A stretch of 64,000 bases of DNA from an uncultured Anaeroplasma sp. (GTDB lineage Bacteria; Bacillota_I; Bacilli_A; Acholeplasmatales; Anaeroplasmataceae). The position numbers and the translations under genes were made by a program. The stretch lies in the NCBI GenBank assembly GCA_945919465.1, contig CAMEJG010000007.1:1099-65098 (forward strand), written 5' to 3'. Positions 39,386 to 49,315 of the stretch are shown piece after piece (position 1 is the first letter of the stretch; the number at the start of each line of letters is the position of its first letter). A model generated the notes under the pieces. That model was not told the DNA's origin. It made no database searches and saw only the letters and a list, made by a program, of their open reading frames with translations.

Positions 39386-40468
39386 ATGGAAAAGATTAGT
39401 GAAAATTTAAAAAATTACAAAAAAACCGAGCTAATAGAAATGCTTGAATTAAGAGGTGTAAAAGGTATTTCTAAGCTAGATAAAGAAGGATTAATTAATA
39501 AATTAGTTGAATATACATTAGATGAAAAGAATGCTTGGAATTATATTTTATTCTTAACTGATATTGAATATGATTATTTAGTTAAGCTTTATAAAAATGG
39601 TAGCATTTCTTTAAAAAATATTCCTGATTATAATAATGTTAAGGGGTTACTTCAAACTGGATATTGTTATTTAGTTGAGGATAAGCTTTTACTTATTGAT
39701 GAGGCTAAGGCAACATTAAAGCCATTAGTTACATTAAAGAAACAAGAAATTCATGCTAAAATTCATTGGATCATTGAATGTTTAGATTGTGCTGATGTAT
39801 TATATGGTAAATATAGTTTAGATAATGTTTTAGCTTTAGTACATCAAAATCCAAATTGTAAGGATATGATTTTAGAAGAATTAGAAAATGTTGTTAAATC
39901 ATTACCTGAAAATGTTATTGGATTTAGATATAATGAGAAAGATAGATTATTTGTATCTGGATATTATGATAGTGATACATTATCTTCAATTTTAGAGCGT
40001 CAAAAGAATAAACCATATATTGTTATAGCTCCACAATTTATTAATACTTTATATTCATATGATGTAATTATTAATGATAAATATTTAGCTTTAGCTAATA
40101 AATTAAATGAATTATTAAATAATCAGGATAGAGCTTCTGAAATTACTGTTGAGTTGAATAGAACAGCTTTATTTGGTCAAGATTATAATACTTATTTAAA
40201 GAAGGTTATTGAGAGCTTAAGTTCACTATCAGCAGATGAAATTAATGAGGTTATTAAGCTAATGAGTGAATGTTATAACTCAACTCCAACTGTATTAAAT
40301 CGTGGTGCAGCACCTCAGGATTTATTCAACCAAACCAATAAAATTACTACTAGAAATGTAAATAAGCCAAAAACATTTGTTAATACTAATAAAATTGGTA
40401 GAAATGATCCATGTCCATGTGGAAGTGGAAAGAAATATAAGAAGTGTTGTGGATTGAAGTCAAATTAA
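39386..40468 (+). CDS. SEC-C (SecA-type zinc-binding) motif protein with an N-terminal Rho-N-like helical domain
   Basis: C-terminal [21 protein letters not shown]; N-terminal [29 protein letters not shown]. Confidence 0.8.
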   Translation: MEKISENLKNYKKTELIEMLELRGVKGISKLDKEGLINKLVEYTLDEKNAWNYILFLTDIEYDYLVKLYKNGSISLKNIPDYNNVKGLLQTGYCYLVEDKLLLIDEAKATLKPLVTLKKQEIHAKIHWIIECLDCADVLYGKYSLDNVLALVHQNPNCKDMILEELENVVKSLPENVIGFRYNEKDRLFVSGYYDSDTLSSILERQKNKPYIVIAPQFINTLYSYDVIINDKYLALANKLNELLNNQDRASEITVELNRTALFGQDYNTYLKKVIESLSSLSADEINEVIKLMSECYNSTPTVLNRGAAPQDLFNQTNKITTRNVNKPKTFVNTNKIGRNDPCPCGSGKKYKKCCGLKSN

Positions 40469-40559
40469 TTAGTCTCTTTATAATTTGAGGTTATTTTTAG
40501 GTTTATACAATCAATTAATTTAAAGGTTTAAAAAATGGAATCAATCCATACCATAAATT

Positions 40560-40588
40560 AGGGATATCTTAGGATATCCTTTTTTTTT
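40560..40588 (+). terminator. Intrinsic terminator
   Basis: AGGGATATC-TTAG-GATATCCT followed by a long T-run. Confidence 0.8.
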
Positions 40589-40707
40589 ATGAAAATTAAT
40601 CATTTTTATGAAAATAGGTAATAATATAATAAAGAATAATATTGTTAATTGGCTATTTATATCTTGATTAAAATGATATAAAATTAGAGTACTTTGGAGG
40701 TGATAGG

Positions 40708-42207
40708 ATGAATAATAGAATATTTATGTGTATTGATTTAAAATCATTTTATGCCTCTTGTGAGTGTGTTACATTATTAAAAGATCCCTTAGATGAGTTT
40801 TTAGTTGTTGCTGATATGTCAAGGACTGAAAAGACTATTTGTCTTGCTGTATCTCCTGCATTAAAATCGTTTGGTATACCCGGAAGAGCTAGATTGTTTG
40901 AGGTTATTAGTAGAGTTAAAGAAATTAATAAAGAAAGATTATTTAAAATAAGTGATCATAATTTTAAGGGAGAAACTACATCTCTTAAGGAATCGATTCT
41001 TCATCCTGAATATGCTATTAATTTTCATGCTGCAACTCCTAGAATGTCACACTATATTAAAACTAGTACAAAAATATATGAAATATATTTAAAATATTTT
41101 TCAAAAGATGATATTCATGTATATTCAATAGATGAAATATTTGCAGATATAACAGATTATTTATTTGCATTAAAGTTAAGTCCTTATGAATTAACTAAAA
41201 GAATTATTAAAGATATTTTAGCTGAAACTGGGATTACTGCAACAGCAGGTATTGGTACAAATATGTATCTAGCTAAAGTAGCAATGGATATAGTTGCGAA
41301 GCATATTAATCCTGATGATGGAATAAGAATAGCATATTTAGATGAAATAGAATATCGTAAAAAATTATGGAATCATACTCCCCTTACTGATTTTTGGAGA
41401 GTTGGAGCTGGTATTTCTAAAAGATTAAATATGCTAGGAATAGAAACAATGGGTGATATTGCAAGAGCCTCTTTAGCAAATGATGATTGTTATTTAAATG
41501 AACGATTATTATTTAAGGAATTTGGAAAAAATGCTGAGCTAATAATTGATCATGCTTGGGGCTATGAACCAACTCTTATAAGTGATGTTAAAAATTATAA
41601 GCCTAAAAATCAATCTATTTCAACTGGTCAGGTCCTTCATTGTGGCTATGATTTTAATAAGGGATTATTAGTAGCTAAGGAAATGCTTGAGGGTTTATGT
41701 CTTGAATTAACCTCTAAAAGAATACTTACAAGAAATATTTCATTATATATTGGCTATGATATTGATAATATAGATGATTCCTTTAATGGAGATATTGAAT
41801 TAGATCATTATGGTAGAAAAGCTCCTAAAGCTAGTCATGGTGGAATTGATTTAGGAGATTATACTTCAAGCTTCAAAGAAATACTTCCTGCTTTTGAAAT
41901 ATTATATTATCGAGTAGTAGACGAAAAATTATTATTAAGAAGAATAAATATTATTGCTTCTGATTTAATAGGTGAAGATGATAAAATTAGAAAAACAGTT
42001 CAATTAGATTTATTTACTGATTATCAAGAAGAGGAAAAGAAAAAAGAAGCTCTTAGGAATAAAAGAGCCAAGGATCTAAATAATCAAAGAACTATTAATG
42101 ATATTAAAACTAAATATGGTAAGAATAGTATTTTAAAAGGAATGAATTTAGAAGAGGGTGCTACTACAATTGAAAGAAATAAACAAATTGGAGGTCATAA
42201 GGCATGA
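40708..42207 (+). CDS. Y-family DNA polymerase (UmuC/ImpB/UvrX type)
   Basis: CIDLKSFYASCE, YSIDE, TAGIG.NMYLAK, WRVGAG and ERNKQIGGH C-terminus. Confidence 0.93.
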   Translation: MNNRIFMCIDLKSFYASCECVTLLKDPLDEFLVVADMSRTEKTICLAVSPALKSFGIPGRARLFEVISRVKEINKERLFKISDHNFKGETTSLKESILHPEYAINFHAATPRMSHYIKTSTKIYEIYLKYFSKDDIHVYSIDEIFADITDYLFALKLSPYELTKRIIKDILAETGITATAGIGTNMYLAKVAMDIVAKHINPDDGIRIAYLDEIEYRKKLWNHTPLTDFWRVGAGISKRLNMLGIETMGDIARASLANDDCYLNERLLFKEFGKNAELIIDHAWGYEPTLISDVKNYKPKNQSISTGQVLHCGYDFNKGLLVAKEMLEGLCLELTSKRILTRNISLYIGYDIDNIDDSFNGDIELDHYGRKAPKASHGGIDLGDYTSSFKEILPAFEILYYRVVDEKLLLRRINIIASDLIGEDDKIRKTVQLDLFTDYQEEEKKKEALRNKRAKDLNNQRTINDIKTKYGKNSILKGMNLEEGATTIERNKQIGGHKA

Positions 42208-42596
42208 AAAATTATGATGATATAATTAATTTAGAAAGACCTGAATCTAAATTTCCTAAAATGGATATAATAGATAGAGCAGCACAATTTGCTCCATTTC
42301 AAGCGTTAAATGGTTTTTCTGATGATATTAAAGAAGCTTCAAGGATTGTAGATAAAAAGCTTATTTTAGATGATGATCAAAAGGAATTATTAGATAAAAA
42401 GCTTCAGTTTATTTTAAATAATAAAAATAATCTATCTGTGGCAATGACCTATTTTATTAAAGATAAGAAAAAGAAGGGTGGAGCCTATTATAAAATAAAG
42501 GCTATTATAACAAAAATAAATATTGTAGAAGGATTTATAACATTAAGTAATAAAGAAAAGATTAAGCTTGATGATATTTACTCAATAGAGATTTAA
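42204..42596 (+). CDS. YolD-like protein
   Basis: YDDIINL..P....M...DRAAQFAPF.AL; ATGA overlap with the polymerase gene. Confidence 0.88.
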   Translation: MKNYDDIINLERPESKFPKMDIIDRAAQFAPFQALNGFSDDIKEASRIVDKKLILDDDQKELLDKKLQFILNNKNNLSVAMTYFIKDKKKKGGAYYKIKAIITKINIVEGFITLSNKEKIKLDDIYSIEI

Positions 42597-42604
42597 TAAA
42601 AAAT

Positions 42605-42640
42605 AACTAACCTAGATTAAAGAATTATAGGTTAGTTTTT
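42605..42640. terminator. Bidirectional terminator
   Basis: AACTAACCTA/TAGGTTAGTT followed by a T-run. Confidence 0.65.
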
Positions 42641-42876
42641 TCTTTTTTATCAGCTTTTTTCTTAACTTCAGGTACAGGATCATAGCCCCCTTTAAATAAA
42701 GGATTACATTTTAATAATCTTTTAGATACTAAAAAAGAAGCCTTTACAAAATTAAATTTTTGATAACATTCCTTCGCATAATTGCTACAGGTTGGAATGA
42801 ATCTACATTTAGGCTCAGTATTAGGTGATATTTCTTTTTGATACCAATCAATCATTTTTATAGGAAGCTTATTCAT
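42625..42876 (-). CDS. yidD: Membrane protein insertion efficiency factor YidD
   Basis: YQKEISP...CRFIPTCSNYA...RLLKCNPL..GGYDPVP. Start at ATG 42876 with SD GAGGT. Confidence 0.93.
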   Translation of the reverse strand: MNKLPIKMIDWYQKEISPNTEPKCRFIPTCSNYAKECYQKFNFVKASFLVSKRLLKCNPLFKGGYDPVPEVKKKADKKEKTNL

Positions 42877-42999
42877 AATTATTACCTCTAGTAGTATTAT
42901 AATAAAATATTTATAAATTGTCATTAAATATTATTTTTGTATTGTAGAAAAATATTTATATTTGTAATATAATATTTATAAAGTTTTTAGGAGGTATTT

Positions 43000-43974
43000 A
43001 TGAAAAGAATATTATCTTTATGTTCAATTTTAGGAATTTTTTTACTTTTTAGCTGTAGTAATCCTTCAAATACTACAAATAATGAGTATGAAAATATAGA
43101 TATTAGTTATCCTAAGCTAAGTGATAAAACAAAGGAAATAATACTTAAATATCAAAATAATCCTACAAAGGATAATTATAATTTATTAATTACAGAGGTT
43201 TATAATGATTATGATTTAGAGTTTGAAAGACAAAAGTCTATTTTATTAGAATTAACTGATAAGGAAGAGATTGCTAAATTAAATTATTATATTGAGGAAA
43301 TGCAATTTGCAAGAGATGAAATAGTAGATGAATTAATGGATATTTATACTGATCCTAATCTAAATTTAGAAACATTTAGAGTAGAAGAGGATTATTTAAA
43401 AATAGATGGTATTATGGGTACTTATATTTCTAATACAACTGTATCTAATAGTGAATATAAGTTATTTGTAGAAAAGCATGATTATGAGGCTCCATTATAT
43501 TGGAATAATGGAAGCTATCCATTTGATTTGGGTAATTGTCCTGTTGTAGGTATATCATATGAGGATGCGGTAGAATATTGTGAATGGTATACAGAATATT
43601 ATAGAGAAAAAAATTTCTTCTTGACAGAGGATGCAGTATTTAGGCTTCCTACAGAACAAGAATGGGAAAAGGCTGCAGGTGAAATGCCAGAAGGAGCTAT
43701 CATTAATTGTGGAAACATTAATTCAGGTGTAACATCTATATATAGCTATTCTGATTGCCGCTCTAAGGCTGGTGCGATTGGTATGTGGGGTAATGTTTGG
43801 GAATGGACCTCATCTATAAGAAAAACTTATGAAGATTATAATATGATGGCTGTAAAGGGAGGTGCCTTTAATTCTAGTCTTGAAAGCTCGAAGACAACAA
43901 ATAGAACAGAAAGTAAGGCTAGTAATTCATATTATAATAATGTTGGCTTTAGAATGATTAAGGTAGTTAGTTAG
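43000..43974 (+). CDS. Lipoprotein with an FGE-sulfatase (SUMF1/EgtB/PvdO) domain
   Basis: Lipobox LLFSC; PVVGISYEDAVEYCEW, RLPTEQEWEKAA, GMWGNVWEW, KGGAF and GFR. Confidence 0.9.
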   Translation: MKRILSLCSILGIFLLFSCSNPSNTTNNEYENIDISYPKLSDKTKEIILKYQNNPTKDNYNLLITEVYNDYDLEFERQKSILLELTDKEEIAKLNYYIEEMQFARDEIVDELMDIYTDPNLNLETFRVEEDYLKIDGIMGTYISNTTVSNSEYKLFVEKHDYEAPLYWNNGSYPFDLGNCPVVGISYEDAVEYCEWYTEYYREKNFFLTEDAVFRLPTEQEWEKAAGEMPEGAIINCGNINSGVTSIYSYSDCRSKAGAIGMWGNVWEWTSSIRKTYEDYNMMAVKGGAFNSSLESSKTTNRTESKASNSYYNNVGFRMIKVVS

Positions 43975-43989
43975 TATTAGGAGATAGTT

Positions 43990-45213
43990 ATGCTTAGAAG
44001 GAAGTTATATGATTATGATTTCATGGGTGGAATCGTTGCGGTATATTTAGGGAATTCTAGTAATGTAGAAGAAGCATTAATTAAATATTTTGATAGTAAA
44101 GAATCTAGAGGCATATGGGGATTTTATGGGAATGATTTATCTGAATTAAAAAAGAAAATAGATTCCCCATTAGCTGATTTAATTTATTATATTCGTAGTG
44201 GTAGTACTAAAAAAGAATTATTAGATAAAATATCTAATTTATCTAATGAAGAAATATTAGCATTTAATTATTTCTATGACTCTAATTCTTTTATGTATTC
44301 TTTAAAAAAATCAGGGTTTAATCCAATAACAGGTTTAATTTCAGGAGCCTATTATGGAATTGAACAGGTTTTAGTTTCTAAGGTAATGGTAAATATCAGT
44401 AAAGAAAATAGAATTAGAGTTGGTGATTTTAAAGAGATATGTCTTAATAGTTATAAAGTGAATGAGGCATTGAATTATTATCCTTTAGATAAGAAACCTG
44501 ATGGCTATACTATTCATTTATTGGACATTAATGATGAATTTATGACATCTAATTTAGAAGAGAAGCCTTATTTGGGTCAATTAATTACCTTTGGTAAAAT
44601 TATTAATGCTTATATTTATGATAAAGAATTGTCACTGGAAGCATTAGATAAAATAGGTGTTAGATTAAAATGTTTAATTAAAAATTTAAATATTAAAGAA
44701 ATTAATATTATTAATCAATTTTATTATAAGGAAATTGATTTTATGGTAAAAAAATATTTAAATGATGTTATCATTAATTGTTATATTCCTTTATCTAATA
44801 TGGAAAGAAAGGCTTGTAAATTAATGTATCAATATCATTTAAATCAAATTGATAAATCAGGAGCTCCTTATTATATGCATCCTTTTTTTGTAGGAATTCA
44901 TTGTAACAACACTAAATCAAGAATAGTAGGTTTTTTACATGACACCTTAGAGGATACTACTATTACTCTTGATGAAATAAAACAATTTGGTGATGAAATT
45001 ACTGAAGCTTTATTATTACTTACTCATAATGATGATACTCCATATTTAGATTATGTAAAAAAAGCAGCTACTAATAAAATAGCTAAAGAGGTTAAGCTTG
45101 CTGATTTATTACATAATACTAATTTAGGTAGGCAACTTCATCCAAATGATAATATTTTTGAAAGATTAGTAAGAAAATATGATCAAGCTATAAATTATTT
45201 AAAGAATAAATAA
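43990..45213 (+). CDS. Fusion of a degenerate ADP-ribosylglycohydrolase-like domain, a degenerate Macro-like domain and a RelA/SpoT-type HD (small alarmone hydrolase-like) domain
   Basis: C-terminal DKSGAPYYMHP...LHDTLEDT...VKLADLLHN is clear. ILAFNYF...GLISGAYYG resembles ARH, and IRVGD...NIKEINI...VKKYL...INCY resembles Macro. Confidence 0.65.
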   Translation: MLRRKLYDYDFMGGIVAVYLGNSSNVEEALIKYFDSKESRGIWGFYGNDLSELKKKIDSPLADLIYYIRSGSTKKELLDKISNLSNEEILAFNYFYDSNSFMYSLKKSGFNPITGLISGAYYGIEQVLVSKVMVNISKENRIRVGDFKEICLNSYKVNEALNYYPLDKKPDGYTIHLLDINDEFMTSNLEEKPYLGQLITFGKIINAYIYDKELSLEALDKIGVRLKCLIKNLNIKEINIINQFYYKEIDFMVKKYLNDVIINCYIPLSNMERKACKLMYQYHLNQIDKSGAPYYMHPFFVGIHCNNTKSRIVGFLHDTLEDTTITLDEIKQFGDEITEALLLLTHNDDTPYLDYVKKAATNKIAKEVKLADLLHNTNLGRQLHPNDNIFERLVRKYDQAINYLKNK

Positions 45214-45273
45214 ATTAATATTGAATGATTAATTATTTTGTAGTATAATTCGCGCTTGTTAGAGGGTGATTAG

Positions 45274-46641
45274 ATGAATAGTACAGTTGATATGACTAAA
45301 GGTAATATTTATAAGATTTTATTATTTTTTGCATTACCTTTATTATTAGGAAATGTCTTTCAATTATTATATAGTCTTGTAGATACTATAATTGCTTCAC
45401 ACTATATTGATTCAATTGCGATTGGAGCTATAGGTGCTACTTCATCTGTTAATTATCTAATAATCAGCTTTTCAAGTGGAATGGGTGCTGGTGCTTCTAT
45501 AATAATTTCTAGATTTTTTGGCGAAAAAAAATATGATGATATTAAAAGAAGTATTGCAGGAGTAATAATCATTAATATTATTCTTGCTGGAATTTTAACT
45601 TTATTTATTGTACTTTTTAGTGATGTAATTTTACATGCGTTAAAGGTTCCTGATGATATTTTTGAAGGTTCTAAAAGCTATTTTACTATTTCAGTTTTAG
45701 GATTAATTGCTACAATGATGTATAATACTCTTAGTGGAGTATTAAGAGCCTTAGGAAATAGCTCTGTTGCGATAATGGTATTAATATTCGCTTGTGTATT
45801 AAATGTAGGTGGCGATTTTTTATTTGTTGGTGCTTTTAATCTTGGAGTTGGAGGTACTGCTCTTGCTACAATAGTATCTCAAATATTATCAGTAATTGTT
45901 TTATTATTTTATATTTATTTTAGATATCCTTTATTAAGGCTAAAAAAAGAAGATTTTAAATTTAATAAATATATTTATTCTCAAATACTTTCAACTGGAC
46001 TTTCAATGGGATTGATGAATAGTGTATACGCAATTGGTGGTATTGTAATGAGTAGTGCTGTTAATAATCTTGGCAGTGAAATAGTTACAGCTAGAACTAC
46101 TGGTAGAAAAATAGTTGAGGTATTATTCCTTCCGGGTGGTTCTTTAGCATCTGCTGCTTCAGTATTTGTTGCTCAGAATTATGGTGCTAAAAATATGAAA
46201 AGAGCTAATGAAGGAATTGTTAAATCAATTCAATTATTATTTGTATGGGCAGTATTAGTATTATTTATGTATATATTAGAAGAACCATTATGTAGAATAA
46301 TATCAAATACTGATGATGAATTTATTATTCATAATGCAGTAATGTATATTAAAATTACTCTTCCATTTTATTTTCCATTAGGAATATTAATAATTTTAAG
46401 AAATTGCTTCCAAAGCTTAGGAAGAAAAATAATTCCCTTTATTTCTAGTAGTATTGAATTAATATTTAAAATTGTATCTGGTTTAGTTTGGATACCTAAT
46501 TTAGGTTTTATTGGTGAATGTATAACAGAACCAATCAGCTGGATAGTATGCTTTGTCTTCTGTAGTATAACTTATATCATTTATTATAAATTAAAGATAT
46601 TTGATAAGGCTAGATTGAAACTTGATAAGAATAATGATTAA
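45274..46641 (+). CDS. MATE family efflux transporter
   Basis: FALPLLLGNVFQLLYSLVD, LRALGNS, LGVGGTALAT and FVAQNYGA. Confidence 0.95.
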   Translation: MNSTVDMTKGNIYKILLFFALPLLLGNVFQLLYSLVDTIIASHYIDSIAIGAIGATSSVNYLIISFSSGMGAGASIIISRFFGEKKYDDIKRSIAGVIIINIILAGILTLFIVLFSDVILHALKVPDDIFEGSKSYFTISVLGLIATMMYNTLSGVLRALGNSSVAIMVLIFACVLNVGGDFLFVGAFNLGVGGTALATIVSQILSVIVLLFYIYFRYPLLRLKKEDFKFNKYIYSQILSTGLSMGLMNSVYAIGGIVMSSAVNNLGSEIVTARTTGRKIVEVLFLPGGSLASAASVFVAQNYGAKNMKRANEGIVKSIQLLFVWAVLVLFMYILEEPLCRIISNTDDEFIIHNAVMYIKITLPFYFPLGILIILRNCFQSLGRKIIPFISSSIELIFKIVSGLVWIPNLGFIGECITEPISWIVCFVFCSITYIIYYKLKIFDKARLKLDKNND

Positions 46642-46663
46642 TGATACTTAGGTATCATTTTTT
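46640..46663 (+). terminator. Intrinsic terminator
   Basis: AATGATAC/GTATCATT followed by a T-run. Confidence 0.6.
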
Positions 46664-46710
46664 CTACATTTATTTTATTCAATAGTATTTATATTATAAT
46701 TGGTGAAATT

Positions 46711-47595
46711 ATGAATAAAATAAAGAAAGGCATATTAGGTTTATTAATTGGAATTGGTATAATTATACCTGGTGTAAGTGGGGCAGCTATTTTAATAATG
46801 TTTGGTTATTATGATAAAATAATTAATGCTATATCTAATATAAATAAAGAATTTAAGAAAAGTATTGTTTTCTTATTTCCATTTTTTATTTATATTATAA
46901 TTGGAATAATTCTTGGATTTTTTGTAATAAAAAAGCTATTAGTTATTATTCCCTTTTCTATTTCATTATTATTTTCTGGTTTATTACTTGGAAGTATTCT
47001 ATCAATAAAAAATGATAAGATAATATTTGATTTTAAAAATAACTTATTATTGACATTAGGATTTATTATTCCTTCATTTTTAGGATTAATATTTTTAAAT
47101 ACTAATATCAAAATAGATATTTATTCTTATAGTATTATTAATCTAATAATATATTGTATAATAGGTATAGCAATTAGTATAACTCAATTTATACCTGGCA
47201 CCTCAGCTACAGCATTATTAATGTCAATAGGGATATTTAATGAATTATTAGAAACAATTAGCATTAATTATTGGAAAAATAATTGTGAAATATTTATTAC
47301 TTATTTAGCTATATTGTTGGGTTTTATATTTGGAGTAATTGTTATTTCTAAAGTGTTAAATAAAATAATTAATAAATATCAAAATAGAATAAATTATTTA
47401 TTTATGGGCTTAACATTTTCATCAATATTTTCTATAATATTTAATAAAGAAAATCTATTAATTTATCAATCTTGGAAGAATAATATGAATTATTTTGATT
47501 TAGTATTAGGAGTAATTCTATTTATTTTTGGATTATTTATAAGTATTTTAATATATTTTATTAATAAAAGACATAATAAAATTGTAAAGGAGTAA
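46711..47595 (+). CDS. DUF368 membrane protein
   Basis: IIPGVSGAAI...GYYD and IPGTSATALL..IG repeats. Confidence 0.85.
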   Translation: MNKIKKGILGLLIGIGIIIPGVSGAAILIMFGYYDKIINAISNINKEFKKSIVFLFPFFIYIIIGIILGFFVIKKLLVIIPFSISLLFSGLLLGSILSIKNDKIIFDFKNNLLLTLGFIIPSFLGLIFLNTNIKIDIYSYSIINLIIYCIIGIAISITQFIPGTSATALLMSIGIFNELLETISINYWKNNCEIFITYLAILLGFIFGVIVISKVLNKIINKYQNRINYLFMGLTFSSIFSIIFNKENLLIYQSWKNNMNYFDLVLGVILFIFGLFISILIYFINKRHNKIVKE

Positions 47596-47598
47596 TAT

Positions 47599-48567
47599 AT
47601 GTGTACTGCAATAAATTATAAAACTAAAGATATGTATTTTGGAAGAACCTTAGATTATGAATTTTCTTATGGTGAAAAAATAACTATTGTTCCTAGAAAC
47701 TATAATTTTAATTTTAAATATCAAGGAAATAATAGCAATCATTATGCAATAATTGGTATGGCTCATGTTGATAATAATTATCCATTATTTTATGAAGCAT
47801 CAAATGAAGTGGGATTGGGAATTGCAGGATTAAATTTTGTTGGCAATGCTAAATATAATGAATATAAAGAGGGAAGTATTAATATTCCTCAATATGAATT
47901 TATTTCTTATATTTTATCTAATTATAAGAATATAGAAGAAGTGAAAGAGGCATTGAAAAATATTAATATTACCAATGATCAATATTCTAAATTCCCTGTT
48001 GCATATCTTCATTGGATAATATCTGATACTAATTCATCAATTACAGTAGAATCTATAGAAAAGGGTTTAATGGTATATGATAATCCTGTTGGAGTTTTAG
48101 CTAATAATCCTAATTTTCCAATTCAATTATTTAATTTAAATAATTATAGAAATTTATCTACAAAGGATCCTATAAATAGTTTTAATAATCAAATAGAATT
48201 AAATAGATATAGTAGAGGAATGGGTGGAATTGGACTTCCAGGTGATTTGTCATCAATGTCTAGATTTGTAAGAGCTGCTTTTTCTAAACTGAATTCAAAA
48301 TCCAATGAAGATGAAATATCAAGTGTAAATCAATTTTTCCATATATTAAATAATGTTTCTCAAATAAGAGGCTTATGTGAAGTTAATGATAGTTATGAAA
48401 TAACAATTTATACCTCATGTATTAATCTAAATAAAGGAATATATTATTATACGACATATAATAATCATCAAATAAATAAAATAGATATCAATAAAGTAGA
48501 TTTAGATAAAAATAATCTATATATTTATGATTTTTTGGATAAAGAAACAATAAATTCTCAAAATTAA
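47599..48567 (+). CDS. bsh: Choloylglycine hydrolase family (bile salt hydrolase / penicillin V acylase)
   Basis: N-terminal nucleophile MCT, GRTLD, NEVGL, LHW, LANNP and GLPGD.SS.SRF.R. Confidence 0.85.
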   Translation: MCTAINYKTKDMYFGRTLDYEFSYGEKITIVPRNYNFNFKYQGNNSNHYAIIGMAHVDNNYPLFYEASNEVGLGIAGLNFVGNAKYNEYKEGSINIPQYEFISYILSNYKNIEEVKEALKNINITNDQYSKFPVAYLHWIISDTNSSITVESIEKGLMVYDNPVGVLANNPNFPIQLFNLNNYRNLSTKDPINSFNNQIELNRYSRGMGGIGLPGDLSSMSRFVRAAFSKLNSKSNEDEISSVNQFFHILNNVSQIRGLCEVNDSYEITIYTSCINLNKGIYYYTTYNNHQINKIDINKVDLDKNNLYIYDFLDKETINSQN

Positions 48568-48568
48568 A

Positions 48569-48594
48569 AAGAAGAGGGTTATTTTCCCTCTTCT
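48569..48594. terminator. Bidirectional terminator overlapping the end of the DUF1836 gene
   Basis: AAGAAGAGGG/CCCTCTTCTT. Confidence 0.7.
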
Positions 48595-49169
48595 TCATTT
48601 TTTTTCTTCTTACTATTTTCAATAGTACTATAAGCTCTTACAAGATACAATATTCTTTTAGTAATATTGATATACGCATTAGCAGTTAATGCAAATTCTA
48701 ATCCTAAATGAATTAATCCTTCAGTATCATTTTCTTCTATATTATTCAAGTTTTTAAAGGCTTCTTCAACTGCAATACTAATTTTTTCATTATTTAGCTT
48801 ATTAAATGCATTAAAGATTTGAGCCTTTTCAACCTCATTATTATATGAGGAATCTAATATTTCTTTTACTTCAGCTATAGATAAAACTTGTTTTAAAGTG
48901 CAAATTTGTTCGATAGCCGCAATATGATTCTTATTATATTTTTTCTTGATTGGAGAATTTAGTACTTCACCCTTAACATAATTATTAATCATAGATGAAG
49001 TGATTTGCTTATCTAGAGTAGAAGTTTTAAAAATGTCTAATTCTCTTTCTAAATAATTAATTACCTGCTCCATATATAATTCTAAATCTGGAAGGTTTTC
49101 ATAATCCTTAAAGCTAAAATTATTAAGCTCATTTAACCATTTTTCTAAAGATTGATTGATATTGTCCAT
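48579..49169 (-). CDS. DUF1836 family putative transcriptional regulator
   Basis: LPDLELYMEQVI...ITSSMINNYVK...PIKKKY...HIA. Confidence 0.88.
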   Translation of the reverse strand: MDNINQSLEKWLNELNNFSFKDYENLPDLELYMEQVINYLERELDIFKTSTLDKQITSSMINNYVKGEVLNSPIKKKYNKNHIAAIEQICTLKQVLSIAEVKEILDSSYNNEVEKAQIFNAFNKLNNEKISIAVEEAFKNLNNIEENDTEGLIHLGLEFALTANAYINITKRILYLVRAYSTIENSKKKKNEEEGK

Positions 49170-49239
49170 AAACTCACCTCGTGTTTATAAATATGATAAC
49201 ATAATGTGAAATAAAAAACAATAAAATTTTAAAAGTTTG

Positions 49240-49283
49240 TTGACAAAGTGATAAACTTGATGTAAACTAGTGTTGTAAACTAG
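49240..49283 (+). promoter_or_regulatory. sigmaA promoter overlapped by direct repeats
   Basis: TTGACA (49240-49245)-N17-TAAACT; TGTAAACTAG at 49261-49270 and 49274-49283. Confidence 0.6.
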
Positions 49284-49315
49284 ATGATAAAATATAAACA
49301 GCGGAGGTACTAGAT

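Noticed and set aside
43700-43974. Diversity-generating retroelement target (FGE-sulfatase/C-lectin fold)
   Set aside because: No template repeat copy and no reverse transcriptase in the window.
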